Positions 17,658 to 21,377 of a stretch of DNA of 21,377 nt are shown here, in pieces. The DNA lies in the NCBI GenBank assembly GCA_043813605.1, contig JBDRKX010000034.1, forward strand, positions 1 through 21,377. Reading direction: 5' to 3'. Positions within the stretch are counted from its first letter, which is position 1; every line of letters starts with the position of its first letter. Made by a program: the position numbers and the translations under genes. A model generated the notes under the pieces. The model saw only the letters and a list, made by a program, of their open reading frames with translations. It was not told where the DNA came from and did no database searches. This DNA is from Elusimicrobiota bacterium (GTDB lineage Bacteria; CG03; SLGR01; JBDRKX01).

Positions 17658-18251
17658 ATGAACCGATTGATTAAAATAATCGGGATCCTGGTCGTGGGGA
17701 TCATCTTGTTGCTTCCTGCGGCGGGAATGGCGGCAATTGAAGATGCGGAAGTATGTACAATATCGATTACCATGGGAACTCTTGCGTACGGTGTTACTAT
17801 GACAACGCCGACGATAAGTTTTGCCAACGTGGTGCTTGATTCGACAAATGTATATACAGCCGGTGTCTCGACTGTTACAAACAGCGGAGACATCATATCG
17901 GACTGGAAGATAAAAGGCGAGAAAGTGAGTGCAAGTACCTGGACACTGGTCCATGCCGGCGGAAAAGACGTCGTAGGCGAGAACCAGGCGACACTCTGCG
18001 CGATACTGACGCCAGTAGCTACGTATGATGTGAAGAACAGCAGTTTCACAGATGCTGATGTGATCCAGGCTGCCGGAGCTGTTGCGAACATGACAACAAC
18101 CGGTTTTGCCGAAGGAGCGGACGGCGATAACGTCCCTGCAGCCGGTGTGCGCAGGCTCTGGTTCAGGCTGCATACTCCGTCTTCGACTACAAGTGATGAT
18201 GAACAGAAGTTCAAGATCACGATCGAAGCGCATCCGTCGTCTGCGTTCTGA
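17658..18251 (+). CDS. small secreted Thr-rich beta protein (putative major fibre subunit)
   Basis: Signal peptide ending AAGMA and an N-terminal alternating strand EVCTISITM. Motifs ISFANV, TVTNSGD and RRLWFRLHTPSST...QKFKITIEA are shared with the C-terminus of 14957..16666. Confidence 0.75.
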   Translation: MNRLIKIIGILVVGIILLLPAAGMAAIEDAEVCTISITMGTLAYGVTMTTPTISFANVVLDSTNVYTAGVSTVTNSGDIISDWKIKGEKVSASTWTLVHAGGKDVVGENQATLCAILTPVATYDVKNSSFTDADVIQAAGAVANMTTTGFAEGADGDNVPAAGVRRLWFRLHTPSSTTSDDEQKFKITIEAHPSSAF

Positions 18252-18827
18252 TGAGGAGGTAGGCATATTATTGAGAATGAAATAAGTATGTCGCAATAAA
18301 TGGCAAATACAGGTACGTAGTATCATATAGGGCTGGACCCTCTATAGGGTTCCAGTTACAAGTATATGGTGCAGTCTGTCTTCCGGTATAGAAGTCCGGC
18401 GGACAGGTCTTGCACATAAATATACCGCGTGCCGTTTTAATAGAGAACAGGCAGTTGAAAATGGATTCTACTGGGCATAAACCAGGGAATGGCTTAATTC
18501 CGGTCTGACCGGATTCCGGACGGATATCTCTATATTGACGAATCTTGGCCTGAAAGAGGGTTCCATGAACCGGTGTACATATACCCGGCAGGAATGCCCG
18601 TTATTCTATCTCTATTTGCCCATCCGTGACCTGCTTTTTTCAGCAGAGGTACAGTTATAGTCATCCGGTCTGTATATACAGGGTAGTATTGCCGGTTATA
18701 TATCGGTCGGGTGAGGTCTGTTCTGAAACAGGCAGACTGAAGGTATATATGCATGCGGTGTCATGCGTATAGTGTAAAGAGAAAAATGGAGGGACGTTAA
18801 TAATAAACGCCCGGTTATATAGATTTA
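18252..18827 (+). other. long hairpin-rich intergenic region (candidate structured RNA or mRNA-stability element)
   Basis: No credible ORF. Inverted repeats at 18333-18355, 18369-18415, 18499-18513, 18570-18588, 18631-18646, 18670-18681, 18716-18737 and 18791-18812. Confidence 0.45.
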
Positions 18828-18830
18828 TTG

Positions 18831-21227
18831 ATGAAAGAAATAATAAACAGATTTATTTCCGGTTCCGGAAATAATAAATATCTGTTTCGTCTACTGATCG
18901 CAGGGGCTTTTTCTCTGTCCGTATGGATGGGTCTGTCTCCGCCGCTGTATGCTCAGGAAGCAGCAGACAGCGTGACGATCAGGATGATATGCGATCCGTT
19001 CCCGCCCGGTTCCATAACAGACCTGGCAGCGGTGAAGGGTGACGAGGTCGGTAAAATAAAACTTAACTGGACCGCGCCCGGGGACAACGGCAATACGAAA
19101 CAGCTTGTATCGGATGTATATCCGTATCATTATTCATTTGTTTATTACATCAAACTGAGTGAATCGTCGCCGGCAGATTTCGGCGGTCATGCGACAAGCT
19201 GGTGGGAGCTTTCGGTATCAACAAAAGAAAAATGGCTGAGCAGCGCCGGGCTGCCCGGTACTACGGAAGAAGAAGCCATAAATGACCTCAAGGAAGGCGC
19301 TACCTACTGGGCAGGTATCAAGGCCAGGGATAAAGTCGGGAACTGGTCACCTGAACTGAAAGTAGTATCCGCGCTTGCGGCATGGGATATATGGCCGCCT
19401 GCGGCTATAACGGATTTTACCGCTTCAAGGGGTTCAGGGGAAGGGGAAGTAGATCTTGCCTGGACAGCTCCGGGTGATGACGGGACAACAGGCACGGCGG
19501 CAGTATATCTTGTTAATTATGCAAGTTTCAGTATAGCGGGTATTGAAGGTAACGCCGACGACTGGTGGGGCCGTGCGAATGACGCTTCGCTCAAATCACC
19601 GCTGCCGTCTCCGTTAATAGCCGGCAGTACGCAGACTGTCACGATAACCGGGCTGCCTGAGGGTACAACATTCTACTTTGCCATAAAAACGCGTGATGAT
19701 GACGGAAATATATCTTTGATAGATGTTAAATCCGCCGCTTCAAACCAGGAACCGGTATTGCCTATTCCTTATACTATCAAACCGGCAGCGGTTATTGATC
19801 TCAGGGGCGCGGCCACAGCAAATGAAGGAGAGGTTCTTCTCAACTGGACAGCGCCGGGTGACGGCGCCGGGGATAAGGTCTCTTTATATATTATCAAATA
19901 TGCCACATACAGCATAAAAGATTTATCCAATAATATTTCTCGCTGGTGGAACAAAGCGGCTTCATATGCCAACAGTATCGCTCCTGCCGTACCCGGATCA
20001 GGGGAAACTCTTACGGTGAAAAACCTGACCGGTCAAAAGACATATTATTTTTCAATTAAATCAAAAAACAGGTTTAATACGCTTTCCGACATAGATACAA
20101 AATCGGTCAATCTTAAGCAGGATGCCGTCATACCGAAAGAACACCATGTAAAACCGTTTATACCGGCAGGTGTCAAGATAGTAAGCATAGACGGAAACGG
20201 GAATGTCGTGATAGGTTGGAACCGGGTAAAGATAAATATAGACGGGACAAACTATACGAAACGCGGCGGGTACAGAGTATACAGGAGTAACAGCCTGAAA
20301 TCCGGCTGGAAGGCCGTCTATACGATAACAACAGATGTCCAGGCAACATATACATGGGAAGATACGTCCGCTGATGCAAACAATACGACAAGATATTACA
20401 AGATCGTTACCGTAGACATCTATGGCAACGAAAGTGAGTTTTCCGGCACACTGGAAGCGAGTTCTTCCCCTGCGAACGTAACACTCAGTTCAGATATGAA
20501 CGCGATCATCAGGATACCCGAGTCGGTCAACGCTCTGCTCTATTCCGATTCAAACGGATACGGTGTTGATATCGTTCTGAAAATAGAAGAAGAGGCAGCC
20601 AATGATGATAATACTCTGAAAGTTTACCGGTTCAGCGCCATTAATTCGGAAAACGGGGACACGATAGGGGATGCCGTGTTCGGCAGCGCACAGGCGGAGA
20701 TCAGGATATATTACGAGACGGCTGACGGGACCATTACCGGTGCTCCAAGGCAGATATCTTCCGATGAAGCGGAAGGGCAGCTGTCACTCTACTGGTTCAA
20801 CGGTATCGAATGGATAAAACTCGGCGGTACCGTAGATACAGCTGAGAATTATGTATCGGTCAATACCCGGTCGCTCGGCGCGTATGCGCTCAGGATATCA
20901 TACAGGGGTGATACTTTCGAAGTGATCGCAATCCAGCCGGATAAGATATTTACGCCGAAATCCGAATATACGAATTTTATCGAGTTCAAATATGACAATC
21001 CGAAGTCAGCTCAGGTGCGGGGGGAAATATACGACCTGCGGGGCGCGTTTGTGGCTGATATGATCAGCGGTAACACTCAAGGTTCAGGGGGGGAGAGCGG
21101 CTCTCTATTATGGGACGGCAGTGATACGGGCGGAAGCTGTGTGACGGGCGGCGTATATATATACCAGATAGAAGTTACCGGTACGGAAGAAAAAGTGATA
21201 AACGGGACGGTGGTAGTCGCCAGATGA
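18831..21227 (+). CDS. secreted multi-FN3 surface protein with a gliding-motility/T9SS-like (FlgD-Ig/CHU_C-type) C-terminal domain
   Basis: Signal peptide ending PLYA. Three LxWTAPGD FN3 repeats plus a fourth FN3 (IGWN...YRVYRS...WEDT...YYKIVTVDIYGNES), then a YWFNGIEWIKLGG domain. C-terminus IFTP...IYDLRGAFV...WDGSD...GGVYIYQIE...GTVVVAR. Start is ATG 18831 or TTG 18828. Confidence 0.8.
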   Translation: MKEIINRFISGSGNNKYLFRLLIAGAFSLSVWMGLSPPLYAQEAADSVTIRMICDPFPPGSITDLAAVKGDEVGKIKLNWTAPGDNGNTKQLVSDVYPYHYSFVYYIKLSESSPADFGGHATSWWELSVSTKEKWLSSAGLPGTTEEEAINDLKEGATYWAGIKARDKVGNWSPELKVVSALAAWDIWPPAAITDFTASRGSGEGEVDLAWTAPGDDGTTGTAAVYLVNYASFSIAGIEGNADDWWGRANDASLKSPLPSPLIAGSTQTVTITGLPEGTTFYFAIKTRDDDGNISLIDVKSAASNQEPVLPIPYTIKPAAVIDLRGAATANEGEVLLNWTAPGDGAGDKVSLYIIKYATYSIKDLSNNISRWWNKAASYANSIAPAVPGSGETLTVKNLTGQKTYYFSIKSKNRFNTLSDIDTKSVNLKQDAVIPKEHHVKPFIPAGVKIVSIDGNGNVVIGWNRVKINIDGTNYTKRGGYRVYRSNSLKSGWKAVYTITTDVQATYTWEDTSADANNTTRYYKIVTVDIYGNESEFSGTLEASSSPANVTLSSDMNAIIRIPESVNALLYSDSNGYGVDIVLKIEEEAANDDNTLKVYRFSAINSENGDTIGDAVFGSAQAEIRIYYETADGTITGAPRQISSDEAEGQLSLYWFNGIEWIKLGGTVDTAENYVSVNTRSLGAYALRISYRGDTFEVIAIQPDKIFTPKSEYTNFIEFKYDNPKSAQVRGEIYDLRGAFVADMISGNTQGSGGESGSLLWDGSDTGGSCVTGGVYIYQIEVTGTEEKVINGTVVVAR
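19002..20130 (+). repeat. three tandem ~130-aa FN3 repeats (diverged coding repeats)
   Basis: WTAPG codons at 19068, 19461 and 19845 (spacing 393 and 384 nt). Each repeat has P(G/A)x(I/V)xD, WW and TY/TF motifs. Boundaries are approximate. Confidence 0.75.
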
Positions 21228-21377
21228 TGAGTATTAAACCCATTTATTGCAATAAAAGATGGAATTCGACGAAAAATATGCCATATTCTAGGTCGCAAAA
21301 AAGCTCGGCAATACTTACGAGTATTACCTCTCTTTTTTGTTGTGTATCATACAGCATCTTTCTCGTCTCGGTTCTAC
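21224..21377 (+). CDS. probable 5' end of the next (secreted) gene, running off the window
   Basis: ATG overlaps the previous stop (ATGA). The frame is open to the window end, with a basic N-terminus followed by a hydrophobic stretch (AILTSITSLFCCVSYSIFLVSVL). Confidence 0.45.
   Translation, partial: MMSIKPIYCNKRWNSTKNMPYSRSQKSSAILTSITSLFCCVSYSIFLVSVL

Noticed and set aside
17268..18326. Long antisense ORFs (352 aa, and 195 aa at 17633-18220)
   Set aside because: They shadow well-supported plus-strand genes that have SDs and signal peptides; their composition is not protein-like and they show no motifs.
18300..18830. CRISPR array, c-di-GMP riboswitch or tRNA in the long intergenic region
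   Set aside because: No regularly spaced identical repeats, no GEMM-type GCAAA/GAAA/ACGCAAAGC arrangement and no cloverleaf signature seen.
20770..20900. Autoproteolytic HFS/GPS-like site in the 799-aa protein
   Set aside because: The equivalent position reads TRSLGAYAL, lacking both the His and the nucleophilic Ser/Thr.

Overview
Bacterial window, about 40% GC except for a GC-rich partial gene at the left edge. Its protein repertoire (TMTC-like glycosyltransferases, WTAPGDDG-type FN3 repeats, a T9SS-like C-terminal domain) suggests Elusimicrobiota or a similar lineage; this is inference only. The left part (1-13.4 kb) holds an Ldh_2 oxidoreductase, two GT-C/TPR membrane glycosyltransferases, a CsgG-family protein, a TPR-SpoIID/LytB protein, a disrupted CPBP protease, a cupin-like protein, four stand-alone receiver proteins and a receiver fused to a degenerate GGDEF-like domain. 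The right part (13.5-21.4 kb) is one apparent operon. A sigma70 promoter with a perfect 17-bp-arm palindromic operator precedes an intact AbiEi-like regulator and an AbiEii homologue that has lost its catalytic motifs. Four secreted proteins follow, arranged like a donor-strand-exchange fibre: a CBM-FN3 tip adhesin, a duplicated-Ig chaperone-like protein, a small major subunit, and an FN3 base protein with a T9SS-like tail. The putative major subunit gene is preceded by a 14-nt perfect SD with a mini-ORF and followed by a 576-nt hairpin-rich region. All family calls come from motif recognition by eye; no searches were run.
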